The notes below the pieces were generated by a model that saw nothing but the letters and a program-made list of their open reading frames with translations, had not been told where the DNA came from and ran no database searches. A program made the position numbers and the translations under genes. A stretch of 63,346 nucleotides of DNA, filler included, from Gonapodya sp. JEL0774 (Eukaryota), in NCBI GenBank assembly GCA_027604505.1. It is 39 parts of 39 records of this genome, joined end to end, with 100 filler letters (N's around TTAATTAATTAA, not from the genome) between each part and the next. Parts side by side here need not be neighbours in the genome. Positions count along the whole stretch, not along the records: positions 22,894 to 24,423 come from JADIIX010003000.1; positions 24,524 to 26,052 come from JADIIX010003001.1; positions 26,153 to 27,679 come from JADIIX010003002.1; positions 27,780 to 29,306 come from JADIIX010003003.1; positions 29,407 to 30,932 come from JADIIX010003004.1; positions 31,033 to 32,557 come from JADIIX010003005.1; positions 32,658 to 34,181 come from JADIIX010003006.1; positions 34,282 to 35,805 come from JADIIX010003007.1; 31 more parts are not named here. One strand, given 5' to 3'. Positions 24,096-35,615 of the stretch are shown piece by piece; the first letter of the stretch is position 1; every line of letters starts with the position of its first letter.

Positions 24096-24523
24096 CGAGT
24101 GTGACTGTTTTCGTAATTTCGAGCTGGGTTGGGTCCAAACTTTCCCTTAAAACCCGGGATAGGGATGGGATGAATTACTGATACTTTTCAGATCCAGAAT
24201 TCAGCTTGGGGATGGGGATGGGGATGACGATGACGATGAGGATGAGGATGAAGATCTGAAACTTTTCGAAAACTATTCATAGCTTAGAGCCAAACAAAAA
24301 AGGTCATGTCCAATATTGTCCATGAGACCTCTACCGGAAAAACATAGAAAGATAATGATCAGGACTGGTCGAGCGACATCCGCAATGTGATGCTCATTCG
24401 AGGTCCATTTACTCTCTTAGACTNNNNNNNNNNNNNNNNNNNNNNNNNNNNNNNNNNNNNNNNNNNNTTAATTAATTAANNNNNNNNNNNNNNNNNNNNN
24501 NNNNNNNNNNNNNNNNNNNNNNN

Positions 24524-24927
24524 GGTGGGGGAACAAGCTGTGATGACGTCCCCATCCGTCACCCGACGCCGGAGGGACACAACAAGAACTTTCAACATTG
24601 CGACATCATTTTTAAATCCCTTGTCGTACATATGATCTGACGTACCTTGTTCAACTCCGGCACCCTGTTCACCTTCCACTCCGGCTTGGCCACCTGTCTC
24701 ACCGCCGCCACCACATTGACAATCCCCAACTCCCCAGGCTCGCCCGCTGCAAGGTCCGGTTTCCCGTCCACTCCACCAAATCTCCGCCGCTCCTCGAGCT
24801 GGATTGTGCGGCGGGCGACGGCGGAGGCCGATTCGAGGTACCCGCAGTTCAGAAATCCTTCGAGATTGTAACACACGGTTTTGGCGGGAGGGGGGGGTGG
24901 AGGAGGAGCTGATTGCGTGTTCCCCAT
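24524..24927 (-). CDS. Hypothetical N-myristoylated protein (possible glutaredoxin-like fold), 5' part
   Basis: MGNTQS myristoylation motif, poly-Pro, CYNLEGFLNCGYLESA; donor AAG|GTACGT near 24645. Confidence 0.5.
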
Positions 24928-25095
24928 TGATGCTGTTTGAGCTGAGCGAGCGTTGATGGCGAATTAGGTGACAAAAAGTTCGCGAAGACACGTCACGATG
25001 GATTGCCGGGATCTTCACCTAAGGAGTTCACTTTGGTCGCCGAATCTCAACATAAGTCAATCAATCACGCCATTTCACCCCGCGCGTTCCATTCC

Positions 25096-25830
25096 ATGCG
25101 TCGCAATCAACAATTCTATCGTCTCCTTTCCCGTCGATCTCTCCGATGGAATCCGTCGCCAGTCGAAGAATATCAATCGACACCAGCTCGATTTAACTCG
25201 CAGTCATCCCGTGGAAGCAAAGATGCCGACGAGAAGTTGAGAGAGTCTTACTCTTGGGGGCCAGAAGTGGACGTGGAGAAGCTCCATCCGGCTCTTGTAT
25301 GTGGTCTGTCTTGGGTATGACCGCTCGTGCTTGATCGAAGTCCCCCCATCGATGTACCACACCAGCCCCGCCGACCCACCTGGTCCATCGCCCGTGACCT
25401 CCTTCCCACCCAATCTTCTACTTCCCCCTCCACAGAGGACCCTACTCTCGCCCAGTCCCAACTTGAGCGGCTCTACTACCTCGCTCGCCTTGCGGGACTG
25501 CACGTTGACCCTTCGGACGCGCCAAAGTTGTCTCGAGAATTTGATTCGCTCGTGCAGATGATACGCAAGGTGCAGGACACCGACGTTAGGGATGTGGAGC
25601 CATTCGTGTCGTTTGTGAGGGAGCCGGGGTACTTGGCCAGAGCCCAGATTGACACTCTACCGGAGGAAGAGACAGGGACATCAACTTCGAGCAAGGGAGA
25701 CGACCTCACGGAGAAAGACGGAATTGGACATTTCTCTGATGAGGAACACGGAAGGGACTTGTTGAAGCACGCTTCGCGTGTGAAGCGAGATGCGTACTAC
25801 GTGGTCCAGCGAGAAGTGAGGAAGTCGTAG
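25096..25830 (+). CDS. GATC: Mitochondrial Glu-tRNA(Gln) amidotransferase subunit C/F-like
   Basis: Arg-rich presequence. Intron 25297-25365 gives HPAL|PRRPTWSIARDLLP, then LYYLARLAGL..IRKVQDTDVRDVEPF..LLKHASRVKRDAYYVV. Confidence 0.75.
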
Positions 25831-25929
25831 GAGCTTCTTCTTACTGAGATTCTATTGCTTTCACTTGTGTAGTATCAGAGGCGCGATGAGCTTGACTTTG
25901 CTCGACTCGGCCTCCGGCCATCTTTATTT

Positions 25930-26052
25930 CAAATTACCATACGTCTTCTGTACATATGCGCGGAACTCATCCGCACCACCAATGTAGCGGTACTCCTTAG
26001 GGTCGCATCCCTCGTAAACGAATGGTGATGTGTGGTGATTCAAGTGACTTTG
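25930..26052 (-). CDS. Exon of a glutaredoxin/thioredoxin-like protein
   Basis: Minus frame HHTSPFVYEGCDPKEYRYIGGADEFRAYVQKTY, then donor GTAATT. TSP..YIGG.DEF resembles a glutaredoxin C-terminus. Confidence 0.45.
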
Positions 26053-26152
26053 NNNNNNNNNNNNNNNNNNNNNNNNNNNNNNNNNNNNNNNNNNNNTTAA
26101 TTAATTAANNNNNNNNNNNNNNNNNNNNNNNNNNNNNNNNNNNNNNNNNNNN

Positions 26153-27679
26153 GACGAGTATACTGTTGGGTGGATATGCGCTCTCCCGACCGAGCTCGCG
26201 GCTGCCCGGGCAATGTTTGACGAGGAATACCAACCACTTGACAGGGACATAAGGGACCCGAACATCTACTCATTCGGGCGGATCGGGGTACACAATGTTG
26301 TCGTCGCTTGTCTTCCGGCTGGAAATCGTGGGACCACCTCTGCCGCTACGGTTGCGAACAACATCGGCCGGACGTTCGATTCCCTTCAGTTCGGCCTCAT
26401 GGTGGGCATCGGAAGTGGCGTTCCGAGCGCGGAGGCCGACATTCGTCTGGGAGACGTGGTTGTCAGTCAGCCTTTTGAAACCTACGGTGGTGTGGTGCAA
26501 TACGACTTCGGGGAACACACTAGGGAGGGGTTCCGGCGAAAGGGATATCTCAACAGTCCGCCGCGTTTGCTTCTCAATGCCGTCAACCGACTACGTGCCA
26601 ATCATTTTGCCGGAGACAATGGCCTCCCGGAACACCTTGAGAAGCTTCGTTGCTTCCCCTCCTTCCATCGCGAGGCGACCGCTCCAGACATCTTGTTCCA
26701 TCCCACATACAATCACGGAGGTGGCCACACGTGCACGTCTTGCACCACAAGCATGCAAATCGATCGCCCCATTCGACCTCTTCAAGAGCCCGTGGTTCAC
26801 TATGGTTTGATTGCATCCGGAAACCAGGACATGAAGGATGGCGTGCAACGGGACCGAGTCAGCAAAGAGCTCGGAGAAGTCCTGTGCTTCGAGATGGAAG
26901 CGGCAGGTCTCATGAATGACTTCCCGTGTCTTGTGATTCGAGGCATCTGCGACTATGCAGACTCGCACAAGAACGCCAGCTGGCAGGGGTATGCAGCAGG
27001 AGCCGCTGCGGCATGCGCCAAGGAACTGCTGTCGGTGATACCAAGGACTGACCCAGGAACACGAGGTTCGTGACCTTTTGTCTTTCCACGCACGATATCT
27101 TCACTTCCGACGGATCGAATCCCGAACACCAACTAGCCTACATTCCTTTCCCCCGGAATCCCCGTTTTGTGGGCCGCACAACACAACTTCAACAGCTGGC
27201 GCAGAAGCTGCTACACAACCAGGAATGCCGGCAGATGGCGCTGGTTGGCCTTGGCGGGGTCGGGAAGACTCAGGTTGCTCTGGAGTTTGCGTACCAAGTC
27301 AAGCAAGACTATGCGGACAGAGGACGCTCTGTGTTTTGGTTGCCCGCAGTCAGCATGGAGACCTTCGAACAGGCATGCTGGGAGATTGCAAAAACACTGG
27401 GCATACCTTCGGAGAAGGATGACGACATCAAGGAAGTTGTCAAGCGGCATTTGAGTACGAAGAGGGCCGGTGTCTGGCTCATAATTCTCGACAACGCCGA
27501 TGACGTCGGCCTTGTGGCCGGCTCCGGGGGATCCCCCGGTATTGTAGACTACCTTCCGCAGAGTGAGGAGGGGCTCTTCGTATATACAACACGCACGCTG
27601 GAGGCAGCTGTGGCACTCGCGGTGGCCGATGTCATGGACGTGGACGCCATGGATGAACACGAAGGGAAAGAACTACTTC
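26153..27679 (+). CDS. Fungal NLR-like protein: PNP_UDP (nucleoside phosphorylase) domain plus NB-ARC, partial
   Basis: YTVGWICALPTELAAARAMFDE, GLMVGIGSGVP..DIRLGDVVV, LCFEMEAAGLMNDFPCLVIRGICDYADSHKN. Intron 27066-27136 joins in frame to PFPRNPRFVGR, Walker A GLGGVGKTQVALEF and WLIILDNADD. Confidence 0.93.
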
Positions 27680-27779
27680 NNNNNNNNNNNNNNNNNNNNN
27701 NNNNNNNNNNNNNNNNNNNNNNNTTAATTAATTAANNNNNNNNNNNNNNNNNNNNNNNNNNNNNNNNNNNNNNNNNNNN

Positions 27780-28273
27780 TGCTCCAGCTGGGAGCTGATG
27801 TTGATGCATGCTTCGGCCGGGCTCTCGCTGCAGCTGCGGTAGAAGGCCACTTGGATATAGTGAATCAGTTGATAGATCATGGAGCGGACATTCATGCGAA
27901 TTGCGACGGCGCTCTGAGGGCTGCGGCATACGTCGGTGAGATCACAACGATGCGTGTGCTCCTTGCCCGAGGCGCAAGCGCAGACGCGGGTGGCGGTGTG
28001 GCGCTGCAGTGGGCATGCAAATTGGGCCACGTTGATGTGGTGCATCTCTTGATTAACCACGGCGCGAACGTGAACATGGATTGTAGTAGAGCGTTGTGGG
28101 AAGCGGTACGTGTAGGGAAGCTGGACGTGGTACGATTACTCTTAGAAAGGGGTGCAAATGCATGCTCGGATGATAACGGTGCGCTTGCTGCAGCTGTAGG
28201 GCGAAGACACTCTAAAATTGTTGATCTGGTGAAGGAGCACCGGGCGGCAAACAGCACACGTTTGTCCTTTTGA
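27780..28273 (+). CDS. Ankyrin-repeat protein, 3' end
   Basis: Repeats such as ALQWACKLGHVDVVHLLINHGANVN and ALWEAVRVGKLDVVRLLLERGAN. Confidence 0.9.
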
Positions 28274-28660
28274 ACGCAAATATTACAAATAAAGTCGAAT
28301 AATCCACAATTCCTGATATTGAAATCTTCACTGCACTGGTTTGGATAGTCACCTCATGTGAGAGGGAGGTGTTCGTCCTACAGAGAAGCACCGTTCGTGC
28401 ATTCCGTCAATAGCGAATGAGAGGGGGGTTTCAAAGTGACCAGCAATTCGGATTAGATCAACAAGGGGGTTTCGCGCAGCAAAGGGTACACGGAGTCACT
28501 GCACGATGATCATGACATTAGGAATACAATATTTCGCTCTTGAATATTAAGCTGTTAAAAAATGCCGACGAGGTGGCATGGATTCCAGATCCAGCCTAAT
28601 GCATGCTTCATTCTTGGGGAGATCTATCAGTACCATGTTGTTCAATACACCGCTGTCCCA

Positions 28661-29306
28661 TCAACACCGCCACCACTGCAAAATAGCGACGCATGGGAAA
28701 TCGGTCAGTCTCTAGGAACAAAAGATGGAAAACACGGCACGATTTTGCGACAACTCCTACTCACAGTGATTCCGCTGGTGACGAGACCCACGCTTAGATC
28801 GATCCCCAAAGCGTCCCACACAGCCGGCGTGGTGTCCATATGGCCCCATGAGCAAATGGCGTCAGGACACATGTCCTTGATCACGGCGTTGGTGGTCCGC
28901 CCGGTAGGAGCGTAGTGAATGCAGACGTTGACACCACACCACTCTTTAGTCAGTTGGAGGTAGGTCTGGGAGATTCAAATCGGGATCGATGTATGAGCGT
29001 TGTGAACAGAGATTGAAATCGGATCTGAAATAGCATACCAGAGCAATAGCCCGCTCCCAGTTTGAAATGCCGCCCAGTGTCCAACACCAACCCTCTCCTC
29101 CCTGGAAGGTATCGATACAAAGATACAAACAAGGGATTGATTAGTTGGGAGCAATGTACTCGAAGAGTAGCATGTACTTACGTTCGGATAGTAGTATGTG
29201 AGACGGCCATTGAACACTTCTCCAGAAGGTCCGGGTGCGGGAGGGGGAGGTGGAGGTGCTACGGAGAGAAATTGAGATGATCACACGATACGAAGTACTT
29301 TGAGGA
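28661..29306 (-). CDS. RlpA-like double-psi beta-barrel (expansin/loosenin-like) protein, 3' part
   Basis: Absent from the ORF track. Spliced exons: PPPPPPAPGPSGEVFNGRLTYYYPN|GGEGWCWTLGGISNWERAIAL|..|EWCGVNVCIHY..NAVIKDMCPDAICSWGHMDTTPAVWDALGIDLSVGLVTSGIT|WWRC-stop (TGA 28661-28663). Confidence 0.8.
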
Positions 29307-29891
29307 NNNNNNNNNNNNNNNNNNNNNNNNNNNNNNNNNNNNNNNNNNNNTTAATTAATTAANNNNNNNNNNNNNNNNNNNNNNNNNNNNNNNNNNNNNN
29401 NNNNNNGAGGGAATCACGGACGGAGAGTTTGGCGGCGCGGAGGGAGTGCCAGGCGGGGGCGGTGGAGGAGGGAGTGGACATGGCAGGGTGGAGTGCAGCT
29501 GTAGCTCGGATACGGTCGGTTCGGGAAATGAAGTCCCGTTTATGAGGTCACCATTTTGATTCCGCCGGCGGGAAAACCAGCATATCCCTGCACCTGTCAT
29601 CTCGTGAACAGATTCAAACGAAATACTCAGCGCTCGCATGGACAAGAATCGATAAATCGCATTTATACGCGGTTGAAGGCCCCGCCACTTCCTCTGGAAA
29701 TGGGTTCCGCACCCACCACACCGACCACATAAAGCACCACCAAGAATGAAGGTCAGGTGAAACACTGAATTTACGTGAAAGATAAACACATATATTCGTC
29801 GAGAGCTTCAATAATTATATCAGTCCAGCCAGAAGGTGACTTGCTGTTTGACCGCGGCAATGCGTCACAGCACCAAAACCACACAGCACGC

Positions 29892-30932
29892 ATGGCATCC
29901 AGCAAGGACGCCGACCTGATCGCCGCCGTCGAGGCCAACAGTCTCGCTCTTGTCCGAAAAGCGCTGGCCGAGGGTGCCGACCCCAACGCCCGGAAGAAGG
30001 TCGTGCTGTCGGCCAAACTCGACAAGAAAGAGACCAAAACAGACACCATCTCGGCAGAGTCGGCGCTCGCCATCGCTGTGATGAAAACCTCGGTCGATGT
30101 TGTTGCGGCTCTTGTTCAGGCTGGTGCGGACCCGGTCCGACCCGTCGAGTGGAAGATCAGCCATCTTTCACCAGCTTGGGAATCCAGCACTTGGAACCAA
30201 AGCCCCTGGTACCTCACGTTTACGTGGCCCTCTACACTTGCCCTGGCTCTCACATGTAAGGGGAAAGTTGTCAATCACCGGATGAAGGTGTGTTCTTCTG
30301 ATACATATTGCAGTTGGACGATGGATATCGAGAAGGGGAAGTTGTGGACCAACAAGACCGGCGGCGAGGTCCACCTCGACTCTCCAAGCACCTTCGATAG
30401 CTCATGGGCCGAGATCACCTACGCACCCCGTCTCGAGGTAGTCGCGGTCTTGCTCCAACACGCAGCGGGATCCATCAACGCGGACCTCTTATCCGCCGCC
30501 AAGACTCTGGGCGACAAACGATTCGCCGACCTTATCGAAAAACGCCTCGAAGCGGACTACAGTACGGCCGTCGCCGTTGTTACTGGACGTGGAGGAGGCG
30601 GGGAGGACCTCAAAGCACAGGTGGAGGCTCTGGCGACCCAGGTGGAGCAGCTCAAGGCGAGGTTCCTGGCTGACACGGACAGGCTGCAGCACAAGGTGAT
30701 GGATCTGGAAGCTGTGAACAGAGAGCTCCGGGCGAAACTGCAGGTGGCTGAGCGGCAGGCGGCTGCGCTTTCCACCAGACTGGACCAGAGTGACCAGACG
30801 ACCGCCAGGCTGTCATCCAGGCTCGACCAGACAACCACACAACTCACCCAGACAACCACACAACTCACCCAGACAGCCACACAACTCAACCTGACGACCA
30901 CCCGACTCGATCAAACCACCGCCGACCTGTCC
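29892..30932 (+). CDS. Split-ankyrin plus coiled-coil protein, 5' part
   Basis: LIAAVEANSLALVRKALAEGADPNARKKV..ESALAIAV..LVQAGADP, followed by a long heptad region. Confidence 0.75.
30827..30889 (+). repeat. 21-bp coding tandem repeat x3 (QTTTQLT heptad)
   Basis: CCAGACAACCACACAACTCAC twice plus one variant copy. Confidence 0.9.
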
Positions 30933-31032
30933 NNNNNNNNNNNNNNNNNNNNNNNNNNNNNNNNNNNNNNNNNNNNTTAATTAATTAANNNNNNNNNNNN
31001 NNNNNNNNNNNNNNNNNNNNNNNNNNNNNNNN

Positions 31033-31699
31033 CATAAGTTTCATCACTTTTCATTAGAAATGAGAATTATTCAGATCAAGCTCGACGTGCTCACGTATCA
31101 CCATCCCCAATGCCGGCGTTGTTCACGAGGACCTAAACGGATCATATGTTTTGACGCAACTGATGTGGGTCGAGATGAAACTCCTGCGAGACCCACATCA
31201 ATGGTTCCGTAACGTCGTACAACGGCGTCAATCATCCGCTTCACATCTTCAAGCTTCGTGAGGTCCACCTTGATAAACCTGTATTGGTTGCAGAAGTGAG
31301 AGCCATCCAGTGACGAGATTGACACCGACGCTTACATGAAGAAGCCAACATCAAGCTCCCCTGCATATCTAGACGCCGAGTAAACGGTCAATTATAATCG
31401 CATCCCATGTCAGCCGGGCCGCCACTCTGAAACCAACTTTTCTTCGAAATCTCGAACAAGCTTCCTTCCCAATTCTTCATTCCGATCTGCAATTGCTACA
31501 ATAGCACCCTGTGCACGGGAGGAAGGCGATTGCGATGTATGCATTTAGAGCGTAGTGATAGATTCAACATCTCCTCACTCACTGCCTTAGCAAGCTTTTC
31601 CGCGAGTGCCGCCCCAAATCCACTGGCTCCGCCGGTGACAAGACAAACTTTTCTCGCCAGGCCGAGGCTCACAGGTGCGGTTGGTGGAGTAGGAGCCAT
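31033..31699 (-). CDS. Short-chain dehydrogenase/reductase, 5' part
   Basis: KVCLVTGGASGFGAALA, IADRNEELG, FIKVDLTK..YGTID|VLVNNAGIG; introns. Confidence 0.9.
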
Positions 31700-32657
31700 G
31701 CAGGGATGTGTTCGGGATGAAATTTGCCGCTCAACTTCTTCCGTTCGGCTTCTTCCGTTCAGCTATGCATAACCTTTTGAATTTCACGTCATCCCGTTGA
31801 AAGTACAGATGATTTATGCCTGACACCGCTAAGACCAAAACCGAAGTCATTGGAAGTTGTGAGAGCGAGCCTGGGTAATCTTGTGCATGTAGCTTTATTG
31901 CAATAAGTATCTCTGAATGACTGGAAGCCCGTTGGGAACACCGGAACACATGCTGACGGTCTGCACGTCTGGGGCCTGTTCTAAGGAGGGAGTGAATAAA
32001 GCCGATTCAGTCAGCGTGTTCGCCAACGACCTAGTCGGAGTGCTTTCGCTTTCAAAATCAGAAAAATCTCCAAGGTCTCAGCAGCATGAATTCATCAGAT
32101 GGGGGCCTTGCCTTATCTGGTCGGTCAAAGCCAAGGATCACCAAGGCTTGTGGTATGTGGTGTTCAAAAGAACAAGAGCCATCCAACTCGTTTTCAATCC
32201 GAATCCGCTTCGATCCCAATATTAGACAATTGCTCTAAGAGTAAGTTTGGAATTCTGGAAATTGCAGTGCGAGTTGGGGGCAGGTACCCACAGATTTCTG
32301 GTTGAACTCTTCAAACACTCGAATCACGTCGTCGTCCAGAGAAGATCAAGTGTGACGCCCAAATCCCATGTGGACAATGCTGTAGCTCCAAAGTGGAATG
32401 CACGTGGGATAGGCAGGCAAAAAGGGTGAGTTTCACAAATGCACATCTCATCGCGAACCCAAAACAACAATTTGACCGCTGTCTTGTTGCTCGAAATCGT
32501 CTTGTGTGTTCGCTGTACCGAATTCGGACGTATACGCCAGCGCGGGCCTCCGAAGGGNNNNNNNNNNNNNNNNNNNNNNNNNNNNNNNNNNNNNNNNNNN
32601 NTTAATTAATTAANNNNNNNNNNNNNNNNNNNNNNNNNNNNNNNNNNNNNNNNNNNN

Positions 32658-34181
32658 CATGACAATTGGCTGTGACAAGGTTCTCAGTGCATTAAAGATC
32701 CAATCAAGATCCAGGGGCTTTGCGATCACAACTTATTCAAAGTTGCTCAAGCTCATTCCGGCGAGAGAGAAGTCTAGAGTCTCACCTGCTGATTTAACTG
32801 ATTTGGTCTCTTGTTTGTGACCTTGCACTTTGATTTCACAAGTCTTTTGTTGTTGGAAGTTGCAGCGAAAGCAACTGGATCACTTGGATTATGCACCGGC
32901 ACAATCGTTGGAGAACAACTCCATTGGGAGCACATCACCCAATGGACTTTAGGACTTCCGGGAGGATAACTGACGTGGAGATTATGAAATAGACCGAGGG
33001 ATATAAAAGCAGAGAAAACCTCATAAGTATTTGGTGACTTTACAATCAAAGATCTACTCTGAGGGTGAACCTCTGCCCGACTTTGTCCAGTCAACTGCCA
33101 TTGCAGGAACTCGCAATAACAGTTGTGAGCTGCCTTGGTGTATTGCAAACTGTAATTTGGGGCAGTTCCAAATAGCCGTTTTCCAGGAACAGAATGGCCT
33201 ATCTGGTGCCACTTTTCAAATGTCTAAATAGTCATGTGTAACATTAGTACGGTTGGAACAAAAACATGAAAAACCTCTTCTGTTTATGCTCACGTTCAAT
33301 TTTGTAACTTCCTGTGCTGATATGCGGAGAGATTGCAGAGGCACTTAAGGAGCAACTCCTCTGTTGCAATGTGAGCAGATAGGACCATACAAGGTGGAGG
33401 AGCAAGGGGACAATACAGTCCATCAAGTTTAGATCACCGATTTGCCACACACCTGCAAGGATGCCTACCATAGTCTTCAGATGGTAAGTAAAATTAGGAA
33501 ATTCATACATCAAATTTCATTTCTGAGCAAATCTTGGAATCTTACTGTGTTGGCTTGATCAAGTTCATGTGCATCAGGATTTTTCAAGAACAATCTACTG
33601 GGGAAGCATTTGAGCCCTGGATACAAGGGCAGCACAGGAGCTCTATGTGGAGAACAATTGGTACATTTTAGCTGCACATAAAGACAAGTGCAGGTGCAGG
33701 CATAAGCAAGTGACACACTTGATGTTCAGGTCACAAAGTGCCTGATTAATCTTCAGGATACCACTTTGACCAGGTCCATATGCCATTCTAATGAGCTTCT
33801 GAGTCTGAGTAACTCCATGGAGGAGGTCACTGACCATCTTCAGGCAAGGTTTGGAGCCTTTCCATTTTTCAAATCCCACCTCCAATCTGCGTCAGAACAG
33901 TTATAAGGGAAAAGAACAAGCAAATGACTGACTGGGTGGCCATGATTTATTGGTGGTGGATCCAAAACCACTGTGATGGTTCACTTCCAACACTGGGACA
34001 CAGTCTGGCGCCATGAAAAGACATCCCAAGCATGCACAACTCATTTGCACGAGCAACACGTGACTTGAGTTTTGGTTTCACAGTTCCCATGTCATGAAAT
34101 TGTGTCTGCATTCAGTGCACGTTGAAATTTTGAGCTCACCCTTCAACCAAGACTTTGATGTAGCTCATGTACGACTTCCCA
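32658..34181. other. CpG-depleted decayed sequence, probably a transposon relic
   Basis: No CG dinucleotide from 33440 to 33889, rich in TG/CA, only short broken ORFs, no recognisable domain. Confidence 0.45.
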
Positions 34182-34281
34182 NNNNNNNNNNNNNNNNNNN
34201 NNNNNNNNNNNNNNNNNNNNNNNNNTTAATTAATTAANNNNNNNNNNNNNNNNNNNNNNNNNNNNNNNNNNNNNNNNNNNN

Positions 34282-35615
34282 CTCGCACCGTGCTTGAGCA
34301 TGACGGCGCGGTCGCCCAATCGGTGGGGCAGTTCGTGGACGAACACGGCGAGTGAGGTAGCAAGACCAGAGGTGAGAGCGGCACTTGAAGAAGAAGAAGG
34401 TGAGGACGAGAGAGAGTCAGGGGAGGATAGAAAAGAAAGGGTCAATGCGAGGGAGTCGAGGAAAGAGTGGGAGAACATCGACAGAAGATGGAGGAGGAGG
34501 GCAGGAGGGAGAGTGGTGAGCAAGGAAATTGTGGGAATGAGCGGAGGGTTGATTGATGATTGTGTGGAGTGAGTGTGTTGACCGTGCGCGTGGTCCGAGT
34601 GAGCGTGGTCCGAGACGTGAGCATGGTCCGAGACGTGAGCATGGTCCGAGACGTGAGCATGGTCGGTATGAGTGTGCCCACTATCGTGGGAGTGACTGGA
34701 GCCGTGGTCGTGGCCCTGGGTCCGTTCGCTGTTATCTTTTCCCGTCAGCTTTGATTTTCCTGCTGACGAAACACCCGTCTCCTTGTTCGCCTCCGACCTG
34801 GACTTGACAACCGAGTTGAGGACACGTTCGAGCAAGAAGAAGGTCAAGATCCCAGCGAGTACCGCAAACTCTACTGCGAACGATGACAAAGAGTGGGAAT
34901 GCGCAGAGTGAGACGAGTTGTCATGGCCGTGAGCATGGCCGTGAGCTTCGTGGCTGTGAAAATTTAAAGCTTGTGCGTGAGCATGGGCTGCCTGCTCGGC
35001 GAGAGAATCAGTGTTCACTGAAAGAGTTGCAGCTTCGTGTGCCATTTTAGCGTGCGGAATTAAATGTAGGAATACATCGCCGAGAACAGTGCCGCCGGCG
35101 AAGGCCACCAAGGCGTTCAAAATAGTGGGCGAGATGTTCTCTGGCATGAAGGAGACGAGCAGAAGCGGAGCCGTAGCAACGACTGCCACCGCAGCGAGCG
35201 ACGCGACGAGAGGCGAGGAGGAAGGGAGAAGGGAAAGCAGCGATGGAAAAACTGTGTAGTAAGGGTGGGTGTTTGTGCTGCTGGTTTCCACAGCAGATAT
35301 AATTTGGCCATCAAAAGCATCGAGACTGTGCGAATCGTGTTCTCCGTGACCATCTCCGTGAGCGTGTCCCTCCGCACTTTCGCTGTGTGCATGGTGGTGA
35401 CCGGATCCCGCAGCTGCGACTCCGCGAACGATATCTAGTCCATTGAATCTACCACCAGGAGAAAACAATCGCATGTGCGAGTTTTCCAAGCCGTGTCCTC
35501 TTAGGGTCCCAAATCTCTGGGAGTGCCAGAGATCCGGAAGTACAATGCCCAGTACGAGCACAAACGCCGCCAGTACGCGGACGGATCTTCTCAGATGATT
35601 TGTCGGCGAGCGCAT
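34282..35615 (-). CDS. ZIP-family zinc transporter (ZIP7/Yke4-like), 3' truncated
   Basis: His-rich loops, LVAFAGGTVLGDVFLHLIPH, LAGILTFFLLER, HSFLDSLAL, LAVFVHELPHRLGDRAVMLKHG. Confidence 0.9.
34599..34664 (-). repeat. 18-bp coding tandem repeat (DHAHVS) in His-rich loop
   Basis: GTGAGCATGGTCCGAGAC about 3.7 times on the plus strand. Confidence 0.9.
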
